Of a stretch of 64,000 nt of DNA, positions 19,413-29,390 are shown piece after piece. The position numbers were made by a program, and so were the translations under genes. The stretch spans positions 677 through 64,676 of the forward strand of contig QGNP01000006.1 in assembly GCA_003228125.1 (NCBI GenBank), written 5' to 3'. Each line of letters begins with the position of its first letter. The stretch's first letter is position 1. The stretch is from Chloroflexota bacterium (GTDB taxonomy: Bacteria; Chloroflexota; Dehalococcoidia; UBA2979). Under the pieces are notes generated by a model. The model was not told the DNA's origin. It ran no database searches and was given only the letters and a program-made list of their open reading frames with translations.

Positions 19413-20978
19413 TTATTTGTCCTTTGCATATACTATTTCTTTAATAGTTTTTGGTAAATATTTAAATAAATCAGATGCTTTTGAAGAAATATTTCCTATA
19501 TTTTTTTCAACTTCTTGACCTGCCAGAGCATGGGCATACACTCCAAAACAAGCAGCATCAATTGGAAGTAATTTTTGTGATAAAAAGCCACCTATTAATC
19601 CACTTAATATATCACCTGTGCCCGGAGTAGCTAAGGCAGGTACAGAAACATCAGAAATCATTATGTTATTTTCAGAAACTATAATTGTGCCTGGCCCTTT
19701 TAAAATAACAGTTGCTTCAGTTTTTTTTGCTAAGATTGATGCATATTTTATTCTATTACTTTGAATTTCAGTAATGCTTTTTTTTAGTAGTCTGGCCATC
19801 TCTCCTGGGTGGGGAGTTAGAATTACATTTTTTGAAAGCTTGAATGGCCAATTCTCCATTTTAGCTAAAATATTTAAACCATCAGCATCTAAAATTAATG
19901 GTATAGAATGTTTATTTTTTTTTAAAAATTCGATTATTTTATTAATTAATAGAACTGTTCTTTTATTTTGAGAAATACCTGGGCCGATTACAATTGCATT
20001 AAAATTATCGACTTGACGAATCAATTGAGGAAAAATTGATTCGTCAAGATATTCTGAATTACCAGTATCAAATAGTGTCAATTCTGGTTGTTTAGTAATA
20101 TTAATTTGCTGTACAAATTTTGATGATGCTAAAGTAATAATTCCAGCACCAGCTATTGCAGCAGCTTCACAAGTTAATATTGCTGCTCCTGGATAAATCC
20201 TTGATCCAGCGATAACTAATATTTTTCCAAAATGACCTTTATTACTTGCGCTTTTTCTTTTGATTATGTTTTTATGAAAATCATTTTTAGAAATGATGTG
20301 AGCAGACGAGCGTTCTTTAATAAAATGATCAATCCCTAATCCTTCAATTATAATGTTTCCAACCTTAGAACTTCCAGGTTGTTGAGTCATACCTATTTTG
20401 ATTGCACCAAAAGTAATTGTCATATCAGCAGTCAATGTATTTTTAATGCACTGACCGGTATTTGCATCAACCCCTGTAGGAATATCAACGCATAAGATAA
20501 ATTGCCTATCTCTATGTAATTGTATTTTATCGAGAAGTTTTTTTAAATTGTACTCATCCGTTTTTTGTTTTCTATTAATATCCCAACCAATTCCATACAG
20601 AGCATCAATAATGCACTCACTTTCTTTTATTTTTTTAGTTATTGTGCGTGCTTCATGATTTTTTATCATTTCTATGCATTTGATATTTTTTTGTTCATCT
20701 TTTAAATACTTGTTTAAATCATTTCGTTTTGAAATTAATAGAATTGTTACTGTTGCTTTCCAAGAAGATAAAAATCTAGCAGCAACTAAACCATCACTTC
20801 CATTATTTCCTGGTCCTACCAATATAATGATTTTAGTATTTTTTGAAGCAGTGGTATTTACCCATGCTTCTTGTGCAATTATAACACCTGCTTTTTCAAT
20901 AATATTTTCTTGATTTAGATTGGATGCAAATGCTCTTTTTTCGGCATCTTGCATTTCTTCTTTTGTTATAACTATCAT
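19413..20978 (-). CDS. nnr: bifunctional NAD(P)H-hydrate epimerase / ADP-dependent dehydratase
   Basis: 521 aa. An N-terminal YjeF_N domain (GPGNNGSDG) is joined to a C-terminal carbohydrate-kinase-like domain (GTGDILSG). Confidence 0.9.
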   Translation of the reverse strand: MIVITKEEMQDAEKRAFASNLNQENIIEKAGVIIAQEAWVNTTASKNTKIIILVGPGNNGSDGLVAARFLSSWKATVTILLISKRNDLNKYLKDEQKNIKCIEMIKNHEARTITKKIKESECIIDALYGIGWDINRKQKTDEYNLKKLLDKIQLHRDRQFILCVDIPTGVDANTGQCIKNTLTADMTITFGAIKIGMTQQPGSSKVGNIIIEGLGIDHFIKERSSAHIISKNDFHKNIIKRKSASNKGHFGKILVIAGSRIYPGAAILTCEAAAIAGAGIITLASSKFVQQINITKQPELTLFDTGNSEYLDESIFPQLIRQVDNFNAIVIGPGISQNKRTVLLINKIIEFLKKNKHSIPLILDADGLNILAKMENWPFKLSKNVILTPHPGEMARLLKKSITEIQSNRIKYASILAKKTEATVILKGPGTIIVSENNIMISDVSVPALATPGTGDILSGLIGGFLSQKLLPIDAACFGVYAHALAGQEVEKNIGNISSKASDLFKYLPKTIKEIVYAKDK

Positions 20979-20980
20979 TT

Positions 20981-21385
20981 TTATTTTCTTTTTTCATTAA
21001 TTATTTCTTGAGAGATGCCTACGACTATAGCAATAGCTATTTGTTGAAGATGCGTGATAGAAACATCAACGCCTCTTAAAGAGAGTTGCTCTGCTCTTTT
21101 TTTAGCTTTACCAAAGAATTCTATGGTTGGCTTGCCTCTATTATTTGATAAAACTTCAATTTCTTTCCAGCTAATTCCTATTATTCCGGTACCTAATGTT
21201 TTCATAGCAGCTTCTTTTGCAGCAAATCTTGCAGCAATTTCTTGCACTCTTCCTCTGCATAGAAATATTTCTTTATCTGTATATACTCTATGTAAAAAAC
21301 GATTGCCAAATTTATTTAAAACTTTTTCTATTCTTTTTACTTCAATTGCATCAATCCCTATAGCTTGCATTTCTTTGTCTTTCAT
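20981..21385 (-). CDS. acpS: holo-ACP synthase (4'-phosphopantetheinyl transferase)
   Basis: GIDAIEVKRI and FAAKEAAMKTLG motifs. The true start may be the second Met at 21370. Confidence 0.85.
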   Translation of the reverse strand: MKDKEMQAIGIDAIEVKRIEKVLNKFGNRFLHRVYTDKEIFLCRGRVQEIAARFAAKEAAMKTLGTGIIGISWKEIEVLSNNRGKPTIEFFGKAKKRAEQLSLRGVDVSITHLQQIAIAIVVGISQEIINEKRK

Positions 21386-21472
21386 TATCTTTATCTTTTC
21401 TAATTTTTTATTTTATTATGACGTTGTTGTTATTTTAGTATAATATTATTTATGAATTGAAGGTCATTTTAA

Positions 21473-22360
21473 ATGAAAACTAAATTAATTGATGGGAAAA
21501 AAATAGCAGGAGATGTGCGACAAGAAATTTCTTTAGAAGTTGCTAAATTTGTTTCTGAAGGAAATAATCCTCCCCATCTAACTGTTGTTATAGTAGGAAA
21601 TGATCCTGCGTCACAATTGTATGTTCGTAATAAAGGAAGAGCATGTGCATCTGTTGGAATGACACATGAAACTTTACAATTATCTGAAAAGACTACTGAG
21701 TCAGAGTTAATAAATTACATTAATGATTTAAATAAAGACAATAATGTAAGTGGCATTCTTATCCAATTACCTTTACCTAAATCAATTTCTACGAATGCAG
21801 TTTTGTCATCAATTGATTCACGAAAGGATGTAGATGGCCTTTCATCCATTAATCTTGGCCAATTAATGAAAGGTGAACCAAATTTTGTTCCAGCAACACC
21901 ACTTGGTGTAAGAGAATTAATTATTCGAACTGGCATTAAGTTGCCTGGCAAGCATGTTGTTATTATTGGTCGATCTACTTTAGTTGGCAGACCATTGGCA
22001 TCATTGCTTTCTATGAAATCTGATGTTGGTGATGCTACAGTTACTTTAGCTCATAGCGCTACAAAAAATTTAAAAAGTATAACGAGTGTAGCTGATATTT
22101 TAATTGTTGCTATTGGCATCCCTGGGTTTATAGATGGATCTATGATAAAAAAAGAATCTATAATAATAGATGTTGGTATTAATAAAGTGGATGATGCATC
22201 AACTGAATCTGGCTATAGAATAGTTGGGGATGTAAATTTGAATTCAGTTATATCTTTAGCAAGTGCAGTTACACCAGTTCCTGGTGGTGTAGGTCCAATG
22301 ACAATAGCAATGGTTGTTAAGAATACTTTAAAAGCAGCAAAAATATTATCTAACGAATAA
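21473..22360 (+). CDS. folD: bifunctional methylenetetrahydrofolate dehydrogenase / methenyl-THF cyclohydrolase
   Basis: YVRNKGRAC, ILIQLPLP and PVPGGVGPMT motifs. Confidence 0.95.
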   Translation: MKTKLIDGKKIAGDVRQEISLEVAKFVSEGNNPPHLTVVIVGNDPASQLYVRNKGRACASVGMTHETLQLSEKTTESELINYINDLNKDNNVSGILIQLPLPKSISTNAVLSSIDSRKDVDGLSSINLGQLMKGEPNFVPATPLGVRELIIRTGIKLPGKHVVIIGRSTLVGRPLASLLSMKSDVGDATVTLAHSATKNLKSITSVADILIVAIGIPGFIDGSMIKKESIIIDVGINKVDDASTESGYRIVGDVNLNSVISLASAVTPVPGGVGPMTIAMVVKNTLKAAKILSNE

Positions 22361-22373
22361 TTTGAGGTGATTA

Positions 22374-23478
22374 ATGGATGAAATTAAGAGAAAATATAAT
22401 GAATTAACTAGTTTGTTTGATAAAATATTGGAGAATCTTTGACCATCATTCAAAAAAAATAAAACTTTCTCAACTTATTAGCCAATCAAATTCTGAAGGA
22501 TTTTGGCTTAATCAAAGTACTGCAATGCCTATAATGCAAGAAATTAGTGACATAGAGACTGTTCTTAATAAAATTAATGAAATTGCAAGCATTAACGATG
22601 ATATATCTAGTGCACTAGAATTAATTTCTAGTAATTTAGATGAAGACGATTCTTTATTTATAGAATTACAAAAATTTATTGTTTCCTATGAAGATAAGAT
22701 AATAAATCTACAATTTAATATCTTATTTCAAGATAAATATGATTTTAGTAATGCAGTTATAGCTATACATTCAGGCGCAGGTGGATCTGAAGCACAAGAT
22801 TGGGCAGAAATGTTATTAAGAATGTATTTAAGATGGGCCAATATACATAATTTTAAAACTGAAATAATATCTATTAATTCAACTGGTGAAGCAGGTATTA
22901 AATCTGTACAATTTTCTGTTAAAGGTGAAAAAGTTTATGGTCTACTGAAAGCAGAAAAAGGAGTGCATAGGCTAGTTCGTATTTCTCCATTTGATGCTGC
23001 TCATTCAAGGCATACAAGCTTTGCTCTTGTTGAAGTAATGCCAGAAGCAGATAAAAATGATAACGACATTGTTATTAATACTGAAGACATAAGAATTGAT
23101 ACATATCGTGCTTCAGGCAATGGCGGGCAGAGTGTTCAAAAAAATGACACTGCTGTAAGAATAACTCATATGCCAAGCGGTTTTGTTGTTACATGTCAAA
23201 ACGAACGCTCTCAAGCAAGAAATAAAGAAACTGCCCTGTTAGTTTTAAAATCAAAGTTATTAAAATTGAAATTAGAAGAAAAAGAAAATGAAATGCTTGC
23301 TGAAAGAGGCGAACATATTGTAGCTGGCTGGGGTAATCAAATTAGGTCATATGTTTTGCATCCTTATAAATTAATTAAAGATTTACGCAGTGGCTTAGAA
23401 ACATCTAATGTACAAGATGTATTAGATGGGCAAATTGATGAGTTTATAAAATCATATTTGTTAATGAAATCAAAATAG
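22374..23478 (+). CDS. prfB: peptide chain release factor 2 (requires +1 frameshift at 22440)
   Basis: Frame 0 reads ATG 22374 ... AAT CTT TGA (22440-22442). The +1 frame continues GAC CAT... into the 353-aa ORF, which carries the SPF and GGQ motifs. Confidence 0.9.
22430..22443 (+). promoter_or_regulatory. prfB programmed +1 frameshift site (GGAG AAT CTT TGA C)
   Basis: The sequence ttGGAGaatCTTTGAC has an internal SD-like GGAG 3 nt before the CTT slippery codon, followed by an in-frame TGA and then C. This is the classical RF2 autoregulatory arrangement. Confidence 0.9.
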
Positions 23479-23499
23479 TAGATAAGGAACGATATTTCA

Positions 23500-24852
23500 A
23501 TGCTAGGAAAATTATTTTTATTATCTTTAGTATGTTTTTTTTCTTTGAATTTCTTATCAACTATAAATGCAGAGACGAATTTAATAGCTGATGAGATTCA
23601 ATCATTAAAAGTGACTAATAAAGATCCACGTATGATTAATTTTAGTGTTTCATTAACAGAAGACCATAATTATACTTCAGCTCGCTTGTTTTATTTTTTA
23701 CCAAACCCTTCACTGAATAAATCTGCAACACGAGGAGACTTAAATGGTATCCAATCAAAATTTAATAATTTTTATGTCGATTTTGATACAAATAAAGGAA
23801 TTACTGGCAGTAGGTTTATTCCTACTGGAGTTACTTTTGAATATTATTGGGAGTTTACAGATGTTAATAAAAATAATTACAAAACAGAAATGCAGCAATA
23901 CCTTTTTTTAGATGGACAGTATGAATGGAAATTATTAACAGCAGATAATATATTTTTTTATTATTACGGAAATTATAATAAAAATATACAAAATTGCTTT
24001 CTTGAAAGTGTGTCAGTTGTTAAAGACGGAAGTGATTTATTAGCTATAAAAGTAAGCTATCCAATAAATATTATTTATTATCTTAGTCCAAGTGATTCAA
24101 GATATGCTAAGCCAACTCGTAGCATAGTTATGGATTCTATGACTGTTTTAGGTGGAGTGAAATATACTTCAAATGTTGTTCATTCATATGACCAAGATTG
24201 CGGAGTTGTCAAACACGAAGTAACTCATATTCTGAATGAAATTGCCGGGCATGGCACTCTTCTAAAGTTACCTTTTTGGGTGGATGAAGGGTTTGCAACC
24301 TATATGATGAATAAATCTGATTATTATGACAACATTATTGAGAAGATGATTAACAAAAATACTGTAATTAGACTTTCTTCAATGCAAGGTAAACCAGGCA
24401 CTCCTGAAAAGGTTAATTTATATTATGCTCAGTCATATGCAACAACAAAATATATGATTGAACAATATGGCTTAGAGAAATATAGAAGTTTTTTTAAAAT
24501 TTTAAAAGAAGATTTTGTGATTGATGAAGCATTACAAACTGTATACGGACATGATCAAGATTCACTGTACCTTGAATGGCGTCAGCATAAAGGTCTTCCA
24601 ATTATTAAACTTGTTAAGATAGAACAAAGTTCAATTCCGATACCAGTTGCAACAATTACTCCATTAAATTTTCCTTCAAAAACAACTGTCAATCAGCAAG
24701 AAGTTGAAAATAATTTTTCAAAACAAAATAATAGTAATGAATTGGCGGTATCTAATTTTGAGATATTTATTAATAATTATATTTTTATTATTGTCGGCGC
24801 TATCTTATTATTGATAATGATTAAAATTAGCATCTTTTTATGGAAAAAATAG
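23500..24852 (+). CDS. secreted/anchored zinc metalloprotease-like protein (HExxH, peptidase MA-like)
   Basis: N-terminal signal-like hydrophobic segment, HEVTHILNE followed by WVDEGFATY, and a C-terminal TM helix. The family assignment is tentative. Confidence 0.5.
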   Translation: MLGKLFLLSLVCFFSLNFLSTINAETNLIADEIQSLKVTNKDPRMINFSVSLTEDHNYTSARLFYFLPNPSLNKSATRGDLNGIQSKFNNFYVDFDTNKGITGSRFIPTGVTFEYYWEFTDVNKNNYKTEMQQYLFLDGQYEWKLLTADNIFFYYYGNYNKNIQNCFLESVSVVKDGSDLLAIKVSYPINIIYYLSPSDSRYAKPTRSIVMDSMTVLGGVKYTSNVVHSYDQDCGVVKHEVTHILNEIAGHGTLLKLPFWVDEGFATYMMNKSDYYDNIIEKMINKNTVIRLSSMQGKPGTPEKVNLYYAQSYATTKYMIEQYGLEKYRSFFKILKEDFVIDEALQTVYGHDQDSLYLEWRQHKGLPIIKLVKIEQSSIPIPVATITPLNFPSKTTVNQQEVENNFSKQNNSNELAVSNFEIFINNYIFIIVGAILLLIMIKISIFLWKK

Positions 24853-24856
24853 TTAT

Positions 24857-25648
24857 TTAATCTCTTCCAGGAATTATTAATTTGCCAGGCTCTGCTACTT
24901 GTTGAGCAGGAGACTGCATCTTCTTAGCATCTTGTTCGCTTATATAAGGCATTGATGGACTGTCTAATTTGACAATTATCTCTGTGTTGCCTGATGCAAT
25001 TTTTTCTAACTGTTCTGCTAGTTCTTTTTCTTCAAGAGATCCATCTATCCTGTTATTATTAATATCCATTGCTGGTAGCTTAGAGATATTTTTTTTATTT
25101 GCTAGTATGGGAAATTCTGACATTTCATATATTGTTAGTTGAATTTTTTTTGAAAGGACAGCAAAATTAGCAAGAATAATCATTTGATTCGTTGATAAAT
25201 TTTCAAATGGTGAAACAAATAAATCAATATTGATATTTTTATCGATTGCAGAAATTATTTTTTTACTTTTCTCATCCATTACTGGGATTCCATTGCCAAT
25301 AGTGACTAAAAGATCTAGAAATGCTGGAAACAATGCCCCCCACCAGAATCCAATGAATTTAATTGTTCTAGCATTGCCTCTCAGTATTGTAGTTGGATGG
25401 ACTTGTATATCTGCATCAATTGCTCTATCTGCATGTTTTTCTAAATCATAATAAGTAAGCGAAATACCAGGATGCAGATTACTTATTTCTTTAGATACTT
25501 CTTTAACATCTTTGCAGTGCAGACATTCATCTTGATCAATTCGTGCAATTTTTTCTTTATTTTGGAGCCAAACATCTAAACTAACTTGTCCAGCAAGTGA
25601 CTGACTGAGATGATTAAAAATTCCTTGTTTAATTTGATTATCCATCAA
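24857..25648 (-). CDS. thioredoxin/glutaredoxin-fold protein (two-domain, single CxxC)
   Basis: A CLHC motif lies in the first half. The second half resembles a thioredoxin fold without cysteines. This is a weak call from motif and pattern only. Confidence 0.45.
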   Translation of the reverse strand: MMDNQIKQGIFNHLSQSLAGQVSLDVWLQNKEKIARIDQDECLHCKDVKEVSKEISNLHPGISLTYYDLEKHADRAIDADIQVHPTTILRGNARTIKFIGFWWGALFPAFLDLLVTIGNGIPVMDEKSKKIISAIDKNINIDLFVSPFENLSTNQMIILANFAVLSKKIQLTIYEMSEFPILANKKNISKLPAMDINNNRIDGSLEEKELAEQLEKIASGNTEIIVKLDSPSMPYISEQDAKKMQSPAQQVAEPGKLIIPGRD

Positions 25649-25656
25649 TTGATTTC

Positions 25657-26226
25657 CTAATTTTTTATTTTATTTATTCCTGAGAATAATCTAATTAAAA
25701 CTGTAAGACTACCTAAAATGATAATTATTGTTAAGAAAAAAATATATTGTTTTGTAAAAATAGCTAGTAGGACCAATGCTATCCTGGGAGCTCTTCCAAG
25801 AGGTCCATTAGAAATAGTCACATTGGCTATTTCTGAACTAGCCTTGATATAAGATGTTAATAGCGATACTGCTAAGGCGCCTACTACAAGATAGATTTCG
25901 AATATATTATTTTGGTTTACTTGAGTCAAAATGCTGAAAAATATTATAGTATCAACTACTCGATCAAAATTTGAATCTAAATATTTTCCTAGAGCACTTT
26001 GTTTATTTTGAATTCTTGCAATTGAACCATCTATTGCATCAAATAAAGTAAAAATTGTTATGAAAAAGATTGCTAGGTACCTTTGATCTAATACTAAAAA
26101 TAGTGCACCAATACTGCATCCTATTGCACCAATTATGGTTAATTGATTGGGGCTTATATGAAATTTTATACATAAATTGGATATCTGCTCAATTAATTTT
26201 ATAAAGTAGGTATTATTTTTAATCAT
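25657..26226 (-). CDS. CDP-alcohol phosphatidyltransferase family protein
   Basis: DAIDGSIAR...GKYLDSNFD matches the DGxxAR...GxxxDxxxD signature. Multi-pass membrane protein. Confidence 0.75.
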   Translation of the reverse strand: MIKNNTYFIKLIEQISNLCIKFHISPNQLTIIGAIGCSIGALFLVLDQRYLAIFFITIFTLFDAIDGSIARIQNKQSALGKYLDSNFDRVVDTIIFFSILTQVNQNNIFEIYLVVGALAVSLLTSYIKASSEIANVTISNGPLGRAPRIALVLLAIFTKQYIFFLTIIIILGSLTVLIRLFSGINKIKN

Positions 26227-26268
26227 TTTTTAATATTTGCCAACCATATTATACTAACAAATATTTCT

Positions 26269-27192
26269 TCAAACCAAGACTCTATATGGTTTTATTAATT
26301 GGTTATTTATATCAAGTTTTGCAATACTTATTAATTGATTATTTTTATTAAAACAACTTAAATATTGGCCTAGTATATCTTTTTGACTGACAGTGAATTT
26401 TTTTTGATTTTCTATGTAATTCCCATTTATTATTTTTTGTGATTCTTCATCATTTAAAGTAATAATTGGAAATTTTAATAAATTTTGCATAGGCATTATA
26501 TAATTATTTATTTTTATGGCATTTTTTTTAATGAATTCTATTGAATACGCATTATCTTCTGTAAATGTTGCCACTGATGTTCTTTTTAAATTTTCTAAGC
26601 ATGCAACAGTTTTACATGCTTTTCCTAAATCTCTAGCAAAGGATCTGACATAAAAACCTGACGAGCATTCTATCTCTATATCTGCCTGTATATTTTTTGC
26701 ATCATTAACAAAATTAATAATTCTAATATTTTTTACGTTAATTTTTCTCGCTTTTAAAATAGGGTGTTCTCCATTTCTAGCAAGTTCATAAGAACGTTTT
26801 CCAGCTATCTTAATAGCGCTGAAAATAGGTGGAACTTGTAAAATATCTCCAGTAAATTTTTTTAGTTTATCCTCTATAATTTTCTTTGTTAAATGGTCAG
26901 CATTTTGTTCTTTTATAATTTCCCCTGTTAAATCTAATGTATCTGTTTCTATGCCAAATTTTATTATCGCTCTATATACTTTATTTTCTTTTAAAATAAA
27001 ATCAATCAATTTAGTTGCTTTACCTAAAGCTACAGGCAAAACACCCTGGGCGGCAGGATCTAATGTTCCTATGTGTCCAATTTTAGTATTTTTTAAAATT
27101 TTTTTAAGTGGATTGGTAGTGCCTACAGAAGTCATATTTTCTTTTTTATATATATTAATAAATCCATTAACAGGATAATTATTAGAGATCAT
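26269..27192 (-). CDS. truB: tRNA pseudouridine(55) synthase
   Basis: HIGTLDPAAQGVL catalytic Asp motif, plus the nusA-infB-rbfA-truB context. Confidence 0.9.
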   Translation of the reverse strand: MISNNYPVNGFINIYKKENMTSVGTTNPLKKILKNTKIGHIGTLDPAAQGVLPVALGKATKLIDFILKENKVYRAIIKFGIETDTLDLTGEIIKEQNADHLTKKIIEDKLKKFTGDILQVPPIFSAIKIAGKRSYELARNGEHPILKARKINVKNIRIINFVNDAKNIQADIEIECSSGFYVRSFARDLGKACKTVACLENLKRTSVATFTEDNAYSIEFIKKNAIKINNYIMPMQNLLKFPIITLNDEESQKIINGNYIENQKKFTVSQKDILGQYLSCFNKNNQLISIAKLDINNQLIKPYRVLV

Positions 27193-27207
27193 TTCTTTTC
27201 TTTTCTT

Positions 27208-27555
27208 TTACTCAATTGCTATTTCTTTAATTAAATCTTCTATTTTATTAGCGTTGATCTGAGTTTTATCAAGTATAAATGTTAATTTTGGTATTTTTTT
27301 AATTCTAATTTCACTATTTAATTCTCTTCTAAAAAATCCTTCTGATTTTTGCAAAGTAGAAATTATTTTATTTTCTTCATTGTTGTCTGGAACACTACTA
27401 ATATATACTTTTGCATTGCTAAAATCTTTTGTTATCTCTACGGCAGTTACAGTAATGATATAGTTATTAAATATTGGATCTTTAATTTTTCTTTGAATTA
27501 TTTCAGCTATGACTTTCTGAATTAATACGCCCATTTGTTTTGTGCGGCGCGTCAT
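27208..27555 (-). CDS. rbfA: ribosome-binding factor A
   Basis: 115 aa with an RbfA-like pattern (VTAVEITKDFSNAKVYIS) and position after infB. Confidence 0.85.
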   Translation of the reverse strand: MTRRTKQMGVLIQKVIAEIIQRKIKDPIFNNYIITVTAVEITKDFSNAKVYISSVPDNNEENKIISTLQKSEGFFRRELNSEIRIKKIPKLTFILDKTQINANKIEDLIKEIAIE

Positions 27556-27572
27556 CTATTCTCTCCTTAAGA

Positions 27573-29378
27573 TTAAATTTGCCTTTTTTCTTCTCTAATA
27601 GTGTAAGCAATAATTAGATCGTTTTCTTCAAAATTATTAAAATTTGTCAATTTAACTCCACATTCGATACCAGCATTTACTTCATTTACTTCATCTGATT
27701 CTCTTCTAATACTTTCAATTATAGATGTTGTGATTTCTAATTCATCTCTTATAATTTTAACTTTGTCGCCTCTTGAAATTTTTCCATCTGATACATATGA
27801 TCCTGCAATAGTCTCAGTTTTGTCTTTTATAAATAATTTTCTTACTTCTACTTTGCCAATTTCAGTTATAGTAATTATTGGACCCAATGTATCATTAATT
27901 AATTGTTCAATAGACTCGCGCAAGTCATAAATGATGTCAAAAGAATTTATGACAACACTTTCTTTTTCTGCTAATTTTTGTGCTCCAATTTCTGCTTTTG
28001 AGTTAAATCCCAAGATGGCACTTTTAGAAATTGATGCCAGGCTGACATCAGCTTCATTAATTGATCCTATACTAGAATCTATTATATTTATTGCAATACT
28101 ATCATTTTTTAATGTTTCAATGGTATTGATAATTGGTTCTATAGAACCTTGGGTATCAGACTTAATAATTAGATTTAAATATTTAATATTTTCTTCTTCG
28201 TCTAAACTTTTATTTTCGATAATTATCGATGATTTTTTTACAGTTTCTTTATTCCTTTGTACTTTATTAGATATTTTTTTAGCTTCTTTTTCACTTGTAA
28301 CAATTTTAAATTTTTCACCTGATTGAGGAATAACCGATAATCCAGATATTATTAATGGAGTAGATGGACCGGCTGAGTTGATTTTTTTACCTGAATCATT
28401 TGTCATTGATTTAATTTTACCAAATGATGAATCTGTCACAATGATATCTCCTTGATTTAATGTTCCATTTTGAACAATAAGAGTCGTTAGTATTCCTTGA
28501 TTTTTATGCATTTTTGCTTCAAGTATTATTCCTTCCGCTGGATCATTGATACTTGCTTTTAATTCTTGTAAATCAGCTATTAATTGAGTAGTTTCTAATA
28601 GTTCGTCAACGCCTGCTCCTGTTGTTGCTGAAATATTTAATACTACTAAATCTCCTCCGTATTCTTCGGGCGTTAGTCCAATTTCCATTAGTTGTTGTTT
28701 AATTCTATCGACCGATATATCTTTTAGATCAGTTTTGTTAATTGCAGCAATCATTGGAATAGATGCAGATTTTACATATTCAATGGCTTCTTTCGTCTGC
28801 GGCATTACTCCATCATCAGCAGCAATAACAATAATTGCAACATCTGTTATCTGAGCCCCCCTCATACGCATTTTTGTAAATGCTGCATGACCTGGAGTAT
28901 CAATGAATGTCATCGATCTACCATCTGGAGACATTGCTTGATAGGCAGCTATATTTTGTGTAATATTACCAGCTTCATTGTCGACTAAATTTGATTTTCG
29001 AATTCTATCAAGTAGAGTTGTTTTGCCGTGGTCTACGTGACCTAAGACAGTGATTACTGGATTCCTTGAAATAGCATCTGTTGATTGCCGTGAATCATAT
29101 CTTAGTGATAAAAATTTTTGGTCTTGATTGTTATCTTCTTTATCACTATTGTCTTGAGATGCGTTATTGTTTTTTTCAATTGCATTGTAGCCTAAATCTG
29201 CCACAATGATTGCTGCTGTATCAAAATCAATTACTTGATTAATAGTAGCCATGACGCCATTTTTCATTAATTCTTTTATGATTTCAATAGCACTGACATT
29301 AAGACTTTCAGCTAATTCCTTTACTGTGATTAGTTCAGGAATTGATATTTCTTGGACAACTTCATCTGATTCAACCAT
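27573..29378 (-). CDS. infB: translation initiation factor IF-2
   Basis: GTPase motifs GHVDHGKT, DTPGH and NKTD. It is a 601-aa short-N-terminus form. Confidence 0.95.
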   Translation of the reverse strand: MVESDEVVQEISIPELITVKELAESLNVSAIEIIKELMKNGVMATINQVIDFDTAAIIVADLGYNAIEKNNNASQDNSDKEDNNQDQKFLSLRYDSRQSTDAISRNPVITVLGHVDHGKTTLLDRIRKSNLVDNEAGNITQNIAAYQAMSPDGRSMTFIDTPGHAAFTKMRMRGAQITDVAIIVIAADDGVMPQTKEAIEYVKSASIPMIAAINKTDLKDISVDRIKQQLMEIGLTPEEYGGDLVVLNISATTGAGVDELLETTQLIADLQELKASINDPAEGIILEAKMHKNQGILTTLIVQNGTLNQGDIIVTDSSFGKIKSMTNDSGKKINSAGPSTPLIISGLSVIPQSGEKFKIVTSEKEAKKISNKVQRNKETVKKSSIIIENKSLDEEENIKYLNLIIKSDTQGSIEPIINTIETLKNDSIAINIIDSSIGSINEADVSLASISKSAILGFNSKAEIGAQKLAEKESVVINSFDIIYDLRESIEQLINDTLGPIITITEIGKVEVRKLFIKDKTETIAGSYVSDGKISRGDKVKIIRDELEITTSIIESIRRESDEVNEVNAGIECGVKLTNFNNFEENDLIIAYTIREEKRQI

Positions 29379-29390
29379 TTGTTTCCTTTT

